From positions 16,492,001-16,556,000 of the forward strand of contig CM022667.1 of the NCBI GenBank assembly GCA_012295275.1: 64,000 bases of DNA, written 5' to 3'. Shown piece after piece: positions 1-14,135 of the stretch. Within the stretch, counting starts at the first letter, position 1; the number at the start of each line of letters is the position of its first letter. Source of the DNA: Chrysomallon squamiferum (taxonomy: Eukaryota; Animalia; Mollusca). A program made the position numbers and the translations under genes. The notes beneath the pieces are model-generated. The model ran no database searches, had not been told where the DNA came from, and saw only the letters and a program-made list of their open reading frames with translations.

Positions 1-312
1 ATTAATGAGGCCGTTATGTACTAATTAATGCTTATTTATTTATGTTTGTTTTTTTATTTATCTATTATTATAATTCATGACAAAAATAACAGAAATTTAA
101 CACATTACACAAATCATGACAGTATTCACTGAATATACAAAAACAGGTCTGAAATGCATAAGCACTGTCATGTCTACAGTTTGTACATAAGTGTTATATC
201 AGTGACTGCATAGTAACTCAGTACATCTGACAATGAATTATGTAATTAAATAGTGAATAATCATGTACCAAGTAGTTTTATTTTGCTAAAACAGATAAAT
301 TAAGATTTATTG

Positions 313-314
<2 letters not shown>

Positions 315-360
<46 letters not shown>

Positions 361-370
361 TGTATGTATG

Positions 371-404
<34 letters not shown>

Positions 405-406
405 TA
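315..406. repeat. (TA)n/(TATG)n microsatellite
   Basis: Directly visible simple repeats. Confidence 0.95.
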
Positions 407-1559
407 CTGACAGATGAATATTAAGTAAAATATAAAAATAATTATAAACATATATTACATCTAGAAAATTATTTCTAAGGCAAATGCAGAGCTTTTCAGT
501 CAAAACGATTATTATTCTTTTGAAATAGAATTACAATGTTTCTGAATGGGTTCCTCCAGAATTCTTTTCAGTGAATAGGCTTTTGTGTATTTTTGACCTG
601 GATTCATATATGTGTGTGTCTCTGTGTGTCATAGGAACGTCGTTACTATGTTATTAAATGCAATGTCAGTGTGTGTGTTATTCCAGAGCCTTATTACTTA
701 AGGAATGAAATAATAGTTTCAGCTCTTAACTACTTCTAAAAAATAATTTCAAAAAACAACAACAACAGATGTTGTATGTAAACAATTGTTATTGATTAGT
801 TTGTTTAAACTGGATAAATGCTGGATATTGCGTTATTATTGGGATCTTATGTTTTCATACTTTAAACTCACATTTCTAGTGCCAGGTAAAAAGCTAGGAA
901 ATTGTTTGATCGTGCCTTTTCATTTTTATAATGCATTTGACAAATAATTATTCTCATTCTAATTCTGATTTTAAAAACAAATAAATAACAACAACAACAA
1001 CAACAACAATAATAATAACAGTAATAAGGAAATAGAAAACAAAAATAAATAAATACATAAATAATAGTGAACCCTAATACAATCGGTTGTTATTGTTTTT
1101 ATCGATTATTTTTTGTCTGACTGATCAGATTATAATGGATTAGCTAACTAAATTATCGATTAAGATGACAAGATTAACATAAGACATTTTTAACAAGAAG
1201 CGGGTCTCGCGGGTTACACGGGTTCGATTCTCAGTCGATTATTATCTTTCCTGTTTGTGTCAGCGACAGAACAAAAGTTGGAGATCGTCCTTTAATTATT
1301 TTTTTCATTAAGATTTGATGGATGAGTGTCTTTCTTGTGGCTCTCAATAATTAGAATATTTGTACTTTGTCTAAAAATGTAAAATAGCAGGTAGAGAAAT
1401 ACATATACCATATTCAAAACAGACTTTCATTTTCTTTAAAAATATATTAAAAATAATATATTTTTTCTAGAATTCAAAGATGATGTACATATTTTTAAAT
1501 AACGTTTAGTAAACAAAAGGAAATCAGTATCCCTCACTCATCAAGATGTGTAAATATAT

Positions 1560-2090
1560 AAGTACGATAAAAATACGTAAGTGTTCACTGAAGATAATCA
1601 TAGTTAAGCTGCGAATATCTAGCTGGCAAAACACTAACAGAATATTCCAAAAACAAATATAAACGCTGACAGTTTGGAAATGAACTGGCTGCAGTGAAGA
1701 CAGGGAAAGTGGATGATAAGAAAGAAACATCAGCTGTGAGTAGTGTTAAGAAAGAAGCGGTCTCCATGGAAACCTTATTAGCAGACCCAACACAGCGTGG
1801 ATTAGGCTTGCCTGAAAGTACAGCTGATGAAACCGTTTGTGAGGCTGCAACAGAGAACAAAACAGACAAGCTGCACATGTTAAAGATGTGGAAGATGTGA
1901 ACAGTAGAAACAGAATGAGTTAGTGCGGAAATCACAGTAAGCTGTGAATGTTTGTAATGGATTATTAATTTTCTTTATAACGTTATTGTTCTTTTTAAAT
2001 TAATGTTGATGGACTGATTGATGCTGAAAAATTAAATTCTGAGTTTTCAAATATAAAAAGTAATCATGCTAAAATTACTTTACGAATTTC
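1560..2090 (+). mobile_element. Degenerate Tx1-like ORF1 3' end / ORF2 start fragment
   Basis: K/E/S-rich ORF1-tail-like coding, followed by sequence resembling the ORF2 start at 36705 (aatgttgatggactg... vs aatgtaaaaacggactg...). Boundaries approximate. Confidence 0.45.
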
Positions 2091-2129
2091 CTATATTTTC
2101 AAAGGACACGAACCTTCGATATGTTGTTC

Positions 2130-3780
2130 CATTAGTAACAAGCAATATCTATAACATCCCTCACTGAAATAATGCTATCAGCAATCACTCTTCACTTTAC
2201 ACACCAGGTTTGGTCTAATAGATGACGTTAAAATGAATACCATAATTTACAATTAAAAGACTAATTAATCTGAAATCTTTGCGATCCGCTTTTTATCTTT
2301 ATTTTTTTCATTATTATTTTTAGTCTTGCAAAAATTACTAATTACCCGTTTTTCATACTATGTGACAAAATTTCCTCATTTTGAATTCACATAATTACTT
2401 TATTAAACAAAATCTGCAAATTATTCAAGAATAAAACACAAAATTGATACCCGGAAATGTTGTTTGATGAATTAAATCTTTGAAAATATCACAAAATTGA
2501 GAATTGTTTCTTTGAACATTTACCCTATATATACTTGTGTACAAGGCGACCTTATGTTTAAGTCGAAAAGACCAAAAATGTTTTTAGTTTGATTAATTTA
2601 TTTTAATGCATCCATTAAATCTTTGATCATAATATCCATAATAACGTTCTTAGCCTAAATGTAGACGGTTTATGTCTCATGGAGACCTAACTTTTAAAAA
2701 ATGTATTTTTGATTTTGTTTGTGAAATTAGGACCATTTTAAACGGAAGAATATCATAACGTTTTTCTCGCTTTAAAATGTATTTTTATGTCATTAAACGG
2801 AAGAATATCATGTTTTACATTCATATTTGGTTTTGTTATTTAATTTTTCAAAATTTTTTATACGATAAAATTATATTTTTGAAAAGCTGAAAGACCGCAA
2901 TTATTTTAGATGCATCCCGTAGCAAAAAATAGTCAAAATGGCGACTCTTCAGCAACAGCTACAAAAGCATTACCTATGTATAAGTCGACCCCCAAAATAT
3001 TACCTTAATATAGTCTCCCAAAAATTCGACTTATACACAAGTATATACGGTAAATATATTATTTTATCCTATTTAATAATATCTACGCATTCTTGTTACA
3101 TAATACTCAATAACATTCAAAAGCTTATTCTAATATGTGTTCCGCATTTAATCCATTTAAAGTGTTTAGCTCTTTACTAGAATTTGATTCTGGTTTTGAT
3201 TTGTTCCAAACTGAGAAAAATTATGTACGCATTTATTTATAAAAAAAATAAAACATTACTTACTTCGATGCCTTTTACAGAAAAAAGGCGTAGTCAATCC
3301 ATTTATTAAAGTGATTAATTTTATACTATTTGGAAGGTTTAGGCAGGCATTCTTTTATTATTTGTCTGATACTTGAGATTCCGCACACTGAATCCCAACA
3401 CGAATGGTATAGAAACCGAAATAATGTTAATAAAGCGATCAGTGATATTAAAAAATAAGAAATTAATAAAAATGAATTCGCTTGCAGATCAACAAAGTTC
3501 AAGAACTGACATCATGAAGTCATTTATCAGTTACATGCAACATATTAAATTTTTAAAACATTTTCTCTCAGAGTGTAAGGAAAGAAGCAAATAAAATAAG
3601 GTGTGCTGCAATTTAATGTATGTCTAAATTTCGCCATGATTTGTATAATATAAAATATTACGTCTGAATACACCATATAGTAATTTTTTTGATTATTATT
3701 ATTATTAATCCAAATATTAAATAAATCAAACATGAAAGAAGTGATACAGATTTTATGACAATAAATAACCAAAATAAAAC
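2130..3780 (-). mobile_element. Fossil Tx1 ORF2 (EN-RT linker/RT) fragment, interrupted by a MITE
   Basis: gcaatatctataacatccctcactgaaataatgctatcagcaatc is the reverse complement of the ADNIMSVRDIIDI coding region at ~38440; many stops. Confidence 0.65.
2523..3050. mobile_element. Non-autonomous Tc1/mariner-superfamily (pogo/Tigger-like) MITE
   Basis: Imperfect TIRs CCCTATATATACTTGTGTACAAGGCGA ... TCGACTTATACACAAGTATATACGG, flanked by TA at 2521-2522 and 3051-3052; subterminal TATAAGTCGAC-like repeats. Confidence 0.75.
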
Positions 3781-3789
3781 AAACATTTA

Positions 3790-3840
3790 AGCACAGGTAG
3801 GGACTCAAACCTTAGACCCTCAGATTAAAAGTCTGATGCT
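3790..3840 (-). pseudogene. 3' part of tRNA-Lys(TTT) (nt ~23-73), disrupted by Tx1 insertion
   Basis: Matches the intact tRNA up to ...gtctgatgct, then poly(T), which is the poly(A) tail of the minus-strand Tx1. Confidence 0.85.
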
Positions 3841-5036
3841 TTTTTTTTTTTTCTTTACTGATATTATCAACAGTTATATAAATATAACATTAAAACAATA
3901 AATAAAAAATAGGTATGCACTCACACATTCATACATACTTATTTACTCAGAACATACACATATATTAATTGTATTTCATAGTAAAATACACCTATTATCC
4001 TTTTTTAGGATAGAGTTATAATGATTATTTATAGCTTGCTAAAGGATATCTGAAATAAGTATATCATCTTTTTAATTCTAGAAATACATTATTCTTAATA
4101 TATTTATTAGTAAAAATTGAAAGTTTGTTTTGACGACGATATTGATAAAGAATTATTTCAAGCCACTTATACATACTAAAAAAAATATATTATATTGATG
4201 TTTGTTCCTTTCGATTGATCTATCACACACTTCTTGATCACTACTATTCTAAAAACTGATAAAATAATATTTATAAATTCTAATGAACAATTTTCAGTTC
4301 TTAGATAATATCCAAATATTAAGTCTTTTTAACTGATCTAGAGGAAAACCTGTTTTCTTAAATATTTGAATACAAATTTCATGATAGATATTAATTCCAA
4401 CAATTCTTCACAATACAAAAATAAATGGCACAAATCTTCACCATCATTCAAACACACTGGACATGTACTAGATGAGATTTTGCCATATCTGTATAATTTA
4501 CTATATGCATTCATCACATGACGAGCTGTCCTCAAATCTAAGTCTATAAAATCTATACATTTATCACTTTTTACTGTATCCATTTCCAAACTGGTCTCCA
4601 GAATATACTAAAACCAAGCTCAGTCCGTTTTTCTTCACAAGTAGGTAGTTTAACATTTTTGGAAATTATTTTCATTATAAATGTATTGACATTTATCATT
4701 TCATTATTATGAAACAGAAATAAATCTTTCTTAGATGTTTAGCTTTTAAGCATTTCTGTTAATAGAACTTTTCCATTTATCTGGAAGTGATTTCGGAATA
4801 ACACTTTAAGCAATATAAATTTGTTTTTCGGGTAATTCTGGAAATTTTTCATGACTATTTTCTACAATAGCTGTAAAAGGGAGAAAACCTGATATAACTT
4901 GATATGCAATATCAGCCACTTAAACTATTCCACTTTTAATAAAAGAACAAAATAGTAGTAATTTGTTTTTATATTTAATGAATGGATTCTGAAAAAGTTG
5001 CTGAGACAAAGTTTTGACTGTATCAGTGGAAAATAC

Positions 5037-6348
5037 GGTTTATTCCCGATTCTGGCATTCCCGAATCTGAGAGTGAGATTATAACACATCTTAATTGGGC
5101 ACGCCAGTTGTTCCATTTCTAGCATTTTATTTCTCACCCTTACTAATTGGTCACCTTAATTGATGGCCCATCACCTTAATTGATGTACTTTTGTTAAACT
5201 GTATTTCGTCCACAATTTGTAAGACAATCAGTCACACTCTACACAAGAAATGTTTCAGAAAACACTCCACCGCAAGCTGACAAGTAGGAAGCCGTGTCCC
5301 GAGTACACGTGACGTACTCCAATCCCTTGTAGAGCTTGTGCTTGTTTTCTTCGGTGCGGCGGGACTTCCTTGATTTCTGTCCACCTTCCAGCTGCAGCAG
5401 ATGGGCTTCCTTGTTGGTGTTCTCTGACTTGAACAGGAGAATCAGCTCGTATATGTTCATGTGTGGTTTCACTCCTCTCTTGGCCAACCTGCTGTTGTAA
5501 CCTTCACAGTTGTTGTTGTTCGTCCTAGGAGTATCGCTCCTGAAGTGGTTCCAAATGGTCAGAGGAAAGTTGCCATTAATCCATGTATCACGAAAGTACT
5601 CGTTGAACTGAAAGCAAGCTGGCAGATCCGATGTGTGGGTCACCACAAGGTCGTATGCATCCACAATACGAGGCACTGGAAGGAACGCAAGTCTCCATAG
5701 CCGGTCAACGACTTCTTCCTCTCCTCTTCATATATCTTTGGGATACTGGTCATCTCCTCCCGTGCTCGCTTCCGCATGGTGTTTGTCAGTAGGTGGACAG
5801 CAACTTGGCTCTCATCCGACGAATGGATGTGGTCTTTACCTCTCCTAATAGTCCTATCCGATGTAGTAGTCACGGTGGCAAGGCACCTCAAATACAAACA
5901 TCTCCATGGTACCGTACCATTCTTGTTATTAATCCGCCGTGCATACCTATATCAATCAAGTATGAGGTCCTCACATGGTTTTCTGCCGTCCAAAATTTCT
6001 CCCTTCGCAGCTATGATCAAACATAACAAACATCATGACTGTACAGTATTTATATAGGTAGTATTTCCTGTCTCCACATTTTATACATCTCTTAATTGAT
6101 CTTGTTAACCCCACATGTCTAAAGTTGTAGTATTTCATGTCTCCAAACATTAATTTTCTTGCAGTCTCTATTCCGGCTCACCTCTACTCTTCACTGCTCA
6201 TTAAAGTTAATCTCGTTAATCGAAACCTATGTTCTTCACGCCTCTAAATTGGCCTTAATTGCTCACGCCAGTTTTCTCATTTCTGGAAGCGGATTATAAC
6301 ACTTCACCGATTACATAATCTGGAGACTGCCAGTTTTGGGAATATACC
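5037..6348 (-). mobile_element. MULE/Mutator DNA transposon, internally deleted
   Basis: Imperfect TIRs GGTTTATTCCCGATTCTGGCA / TGCCAGTTTTGGGAATATACC; TSD GAAAATAC(G) at 5029 and 6349; FLYWCH-like (WRC...C...HIH) and C-terminal WNHF...RTNN..EGYN motifs; DDE core missing. Confidence 0.85.
5239..5990 (-). pseudogene. MULE transposase remnant (FLYWCH-like domain + C-terminal part)
   Basis: ORFs 5640-5897 and 5239-5676 in different frames; YFRDTWI, WNHF, RTNN motifs. Confidence 0.75.
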
Positions 6349-7843
6349 GAAAATACGTTCCCAATAATTTACATAATCCCAAGCTGATTAGCATTTCAGC
6401 ATCAAAAGGGTTGATAACATTTTAAAGCGTTTTTACTGTAAACTATATTAAAAACGTCATAATTTAAATTCGTTTTCGAATATTTTCCCAGAAATATTGA
6501 CATTGTATATTTCCAAACATTTTAAAATTATTATCAAAATATTTCTTTAACATTTTAATACGAAAAGCCATTTTCTTTAATGAAACATTTTATGTGACAA
6601 CATTTCTTCTTTTTGAATTCATATAATTTACTTTATTATTAAAAATATTCTATATTTTATCGATATTCGTCACCATACTCATTCAACGCCATGTCAACAC
6701 TTTCTCTCACGCTTTTCTCTCGCGCTGCTTGTCTGTTTTTCTGTTTTCTATTTTCTACCAAGTTCCAGAGATTTTCTTCTTACTGACGCTTGATATATCT
6801 CGTTCTACGCGTTCTTCTTTTCTGCTTACTAGATTCTGCAACGATGGTTTCAGCTGCCTTGTTAGTATGTTTCACAGTTGTGATTTCATCGGGTTTTTTT
6901 TGTTTTTTTTCTGTTCTTTTCTCCATCTTCCGATTTTTGTTTTTCCTTATTGTTTTTCATTTCTGTTGTATTTATCCTGTGTCTACGTTTTGCTTCACTT
7001 TCTTTTTTCTCCTTTAATTTTACGCTATCTGTAGTATACTCCATACCATCACTGTCACTCTCGCTGTTTTCTTGGTCATCACTATCGTACTCTGTCCAAC
7101 ATTCACATTCATCTTCTTTGTTTCCACACTTTTCAAACAGAAAAAGTTTCGGGTAGTTTCTTGCAAAATGTCCTTTTTGTTTACAATTATGACGCTATAC
7201 TTGGGCAGTCTTTCAATAAATGATTGTCCACCATACAATTGTAACACACTCATCTGATTGTCATGTAATACACGAACATATACTATTCCTTCGAATGTCC
7301 TAAATTTCATTGAATATGGCAGACTTTTTATTTCGGGTGGTAATTTCACTCTGACCTATCTTGTGCCATCTGCTATTTTTATCCCTTTGTATATTCTCCT
7401 ATAAATTGGCGTTAAAATTTCAATTTTCATAGCTTTCAATTTTTATTCAGTCACTTCATCATCTATGTATGCAGGCAAGTATAAAAATGAAACAAATACA
7501 GGTACAGATTTTAAAATTCTTGCCTTCATTTTTAGTCCTCTCATTTCTACTTCTTCTATTTCTGCAATCATTCTGACTTGTATAATATCATCAAATGCTA
7601 CTTCACAAGAGTCCGATCCTTTCTGTACACAAGCTTAAATTACATCACCCACTTGGCAACAAACATAATCAACTATGACGCCTGCAGATATTTTCTTGGA
7701 ATAAAATTCATAAGAATATTCTAATACATGTTCCGTATTTCTAATTAATCCATTTTCTTTGTTTCGTTCTTTGGTAGAATTTGTTTCTTTTTGATAATTG
7801 TTCTCCAAAGTGGAGAAAATAACTAACACGAAGAAAAATGCTA

Positions 7844-7916
7844 AGCCGACGTAGGGACTCGAACCCTAGACCCTCAGATTAAAAGTCTGATGCTCTACCG
7901 ACTGAGCTACGAAGGC
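7844..7916 (-). tRNA. tRNA-Lys(TTT)
   Basis: GCCTTCGTAGCTCAGTCGGTAGAGCATCAGACTTTTAATCTGAGGGTCTAGGGTTCGAGTCCCTACGTCGGCT; A/B boxes, TTT anticodon, T5 terminator; two acceptor-stem mismatches. Confidence 0.88.
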
Positions 7917-8119
7917 TATACAAAAATACATAAAATGAATGAATCAGTGAATCTCTCGTTAGATATTAGCAAACAAGGCGATACTGCTAATGAATGTAAC
8001 ATTTAAAATGAGAAAGAGGAAAAAGATGATAATGATAAAGTAAAAAAAGAGATATATTTCGAGTACCTATGGTTATCTCAAGAAATATTGTCACAAGTTT
8101 GTTTATAATGAAATTTTCC

Positions 8120-9060
8120 TCAAACAAAAATAATTTAAAATCATTGGTTAATCTAATTCCATTATTACTATATCGAACCTTAACTAAAGAAACTTAACGG
8201 CTCTGAAACAATAACAAAGATCATTCAGATATGACATTCTTCTGCACCACGTCTAGTAATTCTAAACAAAGATGTTAAATATCAGTTAATATCTTCAAAT
8301 TACTTTTTATATCATTTTAGAGTAATTTCTTCCACGATATAAATGTATCTCCGAAACTGAATTGTTGTCAGTACATATAACGTGAAACTATTTGTCACCA
8401 TATCCAAAGCACTTACTTCAACAATCTTCACAAACAACCGTTTCACATTAATTAACTCAGCAATATCTATAACATCTCTCACTGACATAATATTATCAGC
8501 ATTATCTCTTGCCTTTACACAAAACATTTCTTCTGATGCCATAACATGTTTAAAACGAGTATCAAGAAATTTAAAAATAATTTTGAAATGTGCATTTAAA
8601 AGAATAATAGTTCTGACATTTTTTACGATCCGTTTTGTTACATTTTCTCTTGTAAAATTTACTAATGACGCGTTTTTCATACTATCTGTCAGAAGTACCT
8701 TTTTTCTCTTTTTATATTAATTCATATTACAACTTTATGGAATAAAATCTTGAAATTTTCTCAGAATTTAACAGAAAAGCCACAGCCACACAATCTATAC
8801 GAAGAGATTTATTTTGATTCTCTTTTCTAAGGCATCGATTAATTCTTTAATTGTAATATCTATCTCACAGTTTTCACTTTCAGAATCCCTTATCTTCTTT
8901 GATAATAAAAAATAACTATATTTTCTTACGTATGTAATATGGAATAAAATTCATAAGAATATTCTAATACATGTTCCGTATTTCTAATTAATCCATTTTC
9001 TTTGTTTTGTTCTTTGGTAGAATTTGTTTCTTTTTGATAATTGTTCTCCAAAGTGGAGAA
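8120..9060 (-). pseudogene. Degenerate Tx1 RT fragment forming the array spacer (present in all 10 units)
   Basis: Homologous to 37850-38820; the catalytic DQEKAFD motif has decayed to VEVSALD; the fragment stops before the xADD motif. Confidence 0.85.
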
Positions 9061-9086
9061 AATAACTAACACGAAGAAAAATACTA

Positions 9087-9159
9087 AGCCGACGTAGGGA
9101 CTCGAACCCTAGACCCTCAGATTAAAAGTCTGATGCTCTACCGACTGAGCTACGAAGGC
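9087..9159 (-). tRNA. tRNA-Lys(TTT)
   Basis: Identical to the copy at 7844. Confidence 0.88.
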
Positions 9160-10330
9160 TATACAAAAATACATAAAATGAATGAATCAGTGAATCTCTC
9201 GTTAGATATTAGCAAACAAGGCGATACTGCTAATGAATGTAACATTTAAAATGAGAAAGAGGAAAAAGATGATAATGATAAAGTAAAAAAAGAGATATAT
9301 TTCGAGTACCTATGGTTATCTCAAGAAATATTGTCACAAGTTTGTTTATAATGAAATTTTGCTCAAACAAAAATAATTTAAAATCATTGGTTAATCTAAT
9401 TCCATTATTACTATATCGAACCTTAACTAAAAGAAACTTAACGGCTCTGAAACAATAACAAAGATCATTCAGATATGACATTCTTCTGCACCACGTCTAG
9501 TAATTCTAAACAAAGATGTTAAATATCAGTTAATATCTTCAAATTACTTTTTATATCATTTTAGAGTAATTTCTTCCACGATATAAATGTATCTCCGAAA
9601 CTGAATTGTTGTCAGTACATATAACGTGAAACTATTTGTCACCATATCCAAAGCACTTACTTCAACAATCTTCACAAACAACCGTTTCACATTAATTAAC
9701 TCAGCAATATCTATAACATCTCTCACTGACATAATATTATCAGCATTATCTCTTGCCTTTACACAAAACATTTCTTCTGATGCCATAACATGTTTAAAAC
9801 GAGTATCAAGAAATTTAAAAATAATTTTGAAATGTGCATTTAAAAGAATAATAGTTCTGACATTTTTTACGATCCGTTTTGTTACATTTTCTCTTGTAAA
9901 ATTTACTAATGACGCGTTTTTCATACTATCTGTCAGAAGTACCTTTTTTCTCTTTTTATATTAATTCATATTACAACTTTATGGAATAAAATCTTGAAAT
10001 TTTCTCAGAATTTAACAGAAAAGCCACAGCCACACAATCTATACGAAGAGATTTATTTTGATTCTCTTTTCTAAGGCATCGATTAATTCTTTAATTGTAA
10101 TATCTATCTCACAGTTTTCACTTTCAGAATCCCTTATCTTCTTTGATAATAAAAAATAACTATATTTTCTTACGTATGTAATATGGAATAAAATTCATAA
10201 GAATATTCTAATGCATGTTCCGTATTTCTAATTAATCCATTTTCTTTGTTTTGTTCTTTGGTAGAATTTGTTTCTTTTTGATAATTGTTCTCCAAAGTGG
10301 AGAAAATAACTAACACGAAGAAAAATACTA

Positions 10331-10403
10331 AGCCGACGTAGGGACTCGAACCCTAGACCCTCAGATTAAAAGTCTGATGCTCTACCGACTGAGCTACGAA
10401 GGC
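10331..10403 (-). tRNA. tRNA-Lys(TTT)
   Basis: Identical to the copy at 7844. Confidence 0.88.
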
Positions 10404-11573
10404 TATACAAAAATACATAAAATGAATGAATCAGTGAATCTCTCGTTAGATATTAGCAAACAAGGCGATACTGCTAATGAATGTAACATTTAAAATGAGA
10501 AAGAGGAAAAAGATGATAATGATAAAGTAAAAAAAGAGATATATTTCGAGTACCTATGGTTATCTCAAGAAATATTGTCACAAGTTTGTTTATAATGAAA
10601 TTTTGCTCAAACAAAAATAATTTAAAATCATTGGTTAATCTAATTCCATTATTACTATATCGAACCTTAACTAAAGAAACTTAACGGCTCTGAAACAATA
10701 ACAAAGATCATTCAGATATGACATTCTTCTGCACCACGTCTAGTAATTCTAAACAAAGATGTTAAATATCAGTTAATATCTTCAAATTACTTTTTATATC
10801 ATTTTAGAGTAATTTCTTCCACGATATAAATGTATCTCCGAAACTGAATTGTTGTCAGTACATATAACGTGAAACTATTTGTCACCATATCCAAAGCACT
10901 TACTTCAACAATCTTCACAAACAACCGTTTCACATTAATTAACTCAGCAATATCTATAACATCTCTCACTGACATAATATTATCAGCATTATCTCTTGCC
11001 TTTACACAAAACATTTCTTCTGATGCCATAACATGTTTAAAACGAGTATCAAGAAATTTAAAAATAATTTTGAAATGTGCATTTAAAAGAATAATAGTTC
11101 TGACATTTTTTACGATCCGTTTTGTTACATTTTCTCTTGTAAAATTTACTAATGACGCGTTTTTCACACTATCTGTCAGAAGTACCTTTTTTCTCTTTTT
11201 ATATTAATTCATATTACAACTTTATGGAATAAAATCTAGAAATTTTCTCAGAATTTAACAGAAAAGCCACAGCCACACAATCTATACGAAGAGATTTATT
11301 TTGATTCTCTTTTCTAAGGCATCGATTAATTCTTTAATTGTAATATCTATCTCACAGTTTTCACTTTCAGAATCCCTTATCTTCTTTGATAATAAAAAAT
11401 AACTATATTTTCTTACGTATGTAATATGGAATAAAATTCATAAGAATATTCTAATACATGTTCCGTATTTCTAATTAATCCATTTTCTTTGTTTTGTTCT
11501 TTGGTAGAATTTGTTTCTTTTTGATAATTGTTCTCCAAAGTGGAGAAAATAACTAACACGAAGAAAAATACTA

Positions 11574-11646
11574 AGCCGACGTAGGGACTCGAACCCTAGA
11601 CCCTCAGATTAAAAGTCTGATGCTCTACCGACTGAGCTACGAAGGC
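11574..11646 (-). tRNA. tRNA-Lys(TTT)
   Basis: Identical to the copy at 7844. Confidence 0.88.
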
Positions 11647-12817
11647 TATACAAAAATACATAAAATGAATGAATCAGTGAATCTCTCGTTAGATATTAGC
11701 AAACAAGGCGATACTGCTAATGAATGTAACATTTAAAATGAGAAAGAGGAAAAAGATGATAATGATAAAGTAAAAAAAGAGATATATTTCGAGTACCTAT
11801 GGTTATCTCAAGAAATATTGTCACAAGTTTGTTTATAATGAAATTTTGCTCAAACAAAAAATAATTTAAAATCATTGGTTAATCTAATTCCATTATTACT
11901 ATATCGAACCTTAACTAAAGAAACTTAACGGCTCTGAAACAATAACAAAGATCATTCAGATATGACATTCTTCTGCACCACGTCTAGTAATTCTAAACAA
12001 AGATGTTAAATATCAGTTAATATCTTCAAATTACTTTTTATATCATTTTAGAGTAATTTCTTCCACGATATAAATGTATCTCCGAAACTGAATTGTTGTC
12101 AGTACATATAACGTGAAACTATTTGTCACCATATCCAAAGCACTTACTTCAACAATCTTCACAAACAACCGTTTCACATTAATTAACTCAGCAATATCTA
12201 TAACATCTCTCACTGACATAATATTATCAGCATTATCTCTTGCCTTTACACAAAACATTTCTTCTGATGCCATAACATGTTTAAAACGAGTATCAAGAAA
12301 TTTAAAAATAATTTTGAAATGTGCATTTAAAAGAATAATAGTTCTGACATTTTTACGATCCGTTTTGTTACATTTTCTCTTGTAAAATTTACTAATGACG
12401 CGTTTTTCACACTATCTGTCAGAAGTACCTTTTTCTCTTTTTTTATATTAATTCATATTACAACTTTATGGAATAAAATCTAGAAATTTTCTCAGAATTT
12501 AACAGAAAAGCCACAGCCACACAATCTATACGAAGAGATTTATTTTGATTCTCTTTTCTAAGGCATCGATTAATTCTTTAATTGTAATATCTATCTCACA
12601 GTTTTCACTTTCAGAATCCCTTATCTTCTTTGATAATAAAAAATAACTATATTTTCTTACGTATGTAATATGGAATAAAATTCATAAGAATATTCTAATA
12701 CATGTTCCGTATTTCTAATTAATCCATTTTCTTTGTTTTGTTCTTTGGTAGAATTTGTTTCTTTTTGATAATTGTTCTCCAAAGTGGAGAAAATAACTAA
12801 CACGAAGAAAAATACTA

Positions 12818-12890
12818 AGCCGACGTAGGGACTCGAACCCTAGACCCTCAGATTAAAAGTCTGATGCTCTACCGACTGAGCTACGAAGGC
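12818..12890 (-). tRNA. tRNA-Lys(TTT)
   Basis: Identical to the copy at 7844. Confidence 0.88.
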
Positions 12891-14062
12891 TATACAAAAA
12901 TACATAAAATGAATGAATCAGTGAATCTCTCGTTAGATATTAGCAAACAAGGCGATACTGCTAATGAATGTAACATTTAAAATGAGAAAGAGGAAAAAAG
13001 ATGATAATGATAAAGTAAAAAAGAGATATATTTCGAGTACCTATGGTTATCTCAAGAAATATTGTCACAAGTTTGTTTATAATGAAATTTTGCTCAAACA
13101 AAAAATTTTAAAATCATTGGTTAATCTAATTCCATTATTACTATATCGAACCTTAACTAAAGAAACTTAACGGCTCTGAAACAATAACAAAGATCATTCA
13201 GATATGACATTCTTCTGCACCACGTCTAGTAATTCTAAACAAAGATGTTAAATATCAGTTAATATCTTCAAATTACTTTTTATATCATTTTAGAGTAATT
13301 TCTTCCACGATATAAATGTATCTCCGAAACTGAATTGTTGTCAGTACATATAACGTGAAACTATTTGTCACCATATCCAAAGCACTTACTTCAACAATCT
13401 TCACAAACAACCGTTTCACATTAATTAACTCAGCAATATCTATAACATCTCTCACTGACATAATATTATCAGCATTATCTCTTGCCTTTACACAAAACAT
13501 TTCTTCTGATGCCATAACATGTTTAAAACGAGTATCAAGAAATTTAAAAATAATTTTGAAATGTGCATTTAAAAGAATAATAGTTCTGACATTTTTTACG
13601 ATCCGTTTTGTTACATTTTCTCTTGTAAAATTTACTAATGACGCGTTTTTCACACTATCTGTCAGAAGTACCTTTTTTTTCTTTTTATATTAATTCATAT
13701 TACAACTTTATGGAATAAAATCTAGAAATTTTCTCAGAATTTAACAGAAAAGCCACAGCCACACAATCTATACGAAGAGATTTATTTTGATTCTCTTTTC
13801 TAAGGCATCGATTAATTCTTTAATTGTAATATCTATCTCACAGTTTTCACTTTCAGAATCCCTTATCTTCTTTGATAATAAAAAATAACTATATTTTCTT
13901 ACGTATGTAATATGGAATAAAATTCATAAGAATATTCTAATACATGTTCCGTATTTCTAATTAATCCATTTTCTTTGTTTTGTTCTTTGGTAGAATTTGT
14001 TTCTTTTTGATAATTGTTCTCCAAAGTGGAGAAGAAAAATACTAAGCCGACGAAAAATACGA

Positions 14063-14135
14063 AGCCGACGTGGGGACTCGAACCCTAGACCCTCAGATTA
14101 AAAGTCTGATGCTCTACCGACTGAGCTACGAAGGC
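14063..14135 (-). tRNA. tRNA-Lys(TTT) variant (T-stem mismatch, duplicated 3' end)
   Basis: gtgggg instead of gtaggg; ~18-bp duplication aaaaatactaagccgacg immediately downstream. Confidence 0.75.

Larger units (their letters stand above)
3841..7690 (-). mobile_element. Tx1-clade LINE, 5'-truncated, EN/RT core deleted, MULE inserted
   Basis: Poly(A) tail at 3841; ORF2 C-terminal CPVC..EDLCHLF..C zinc motif (4338-4589); ORF1 remnants (LPYSMKFRT, 6650-7690) colinear with the copy at 35671. Confidence 0.9.

Noticed and set aside
1195-1240. tRNA/SINE at GGTTCGATTC (1221-1230)
   Set aside because: Isolated B-box-like motif; no cloverleaf or A-box could be built.
8312-8680. Repeated 122-aa ORF (and its 112-aa antisense ORF) as a functional gene
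   Set aside because: It is a decayed Tx1 RT fragment lacking catalytic residues; identity across copies reflects recent tandem amplification.
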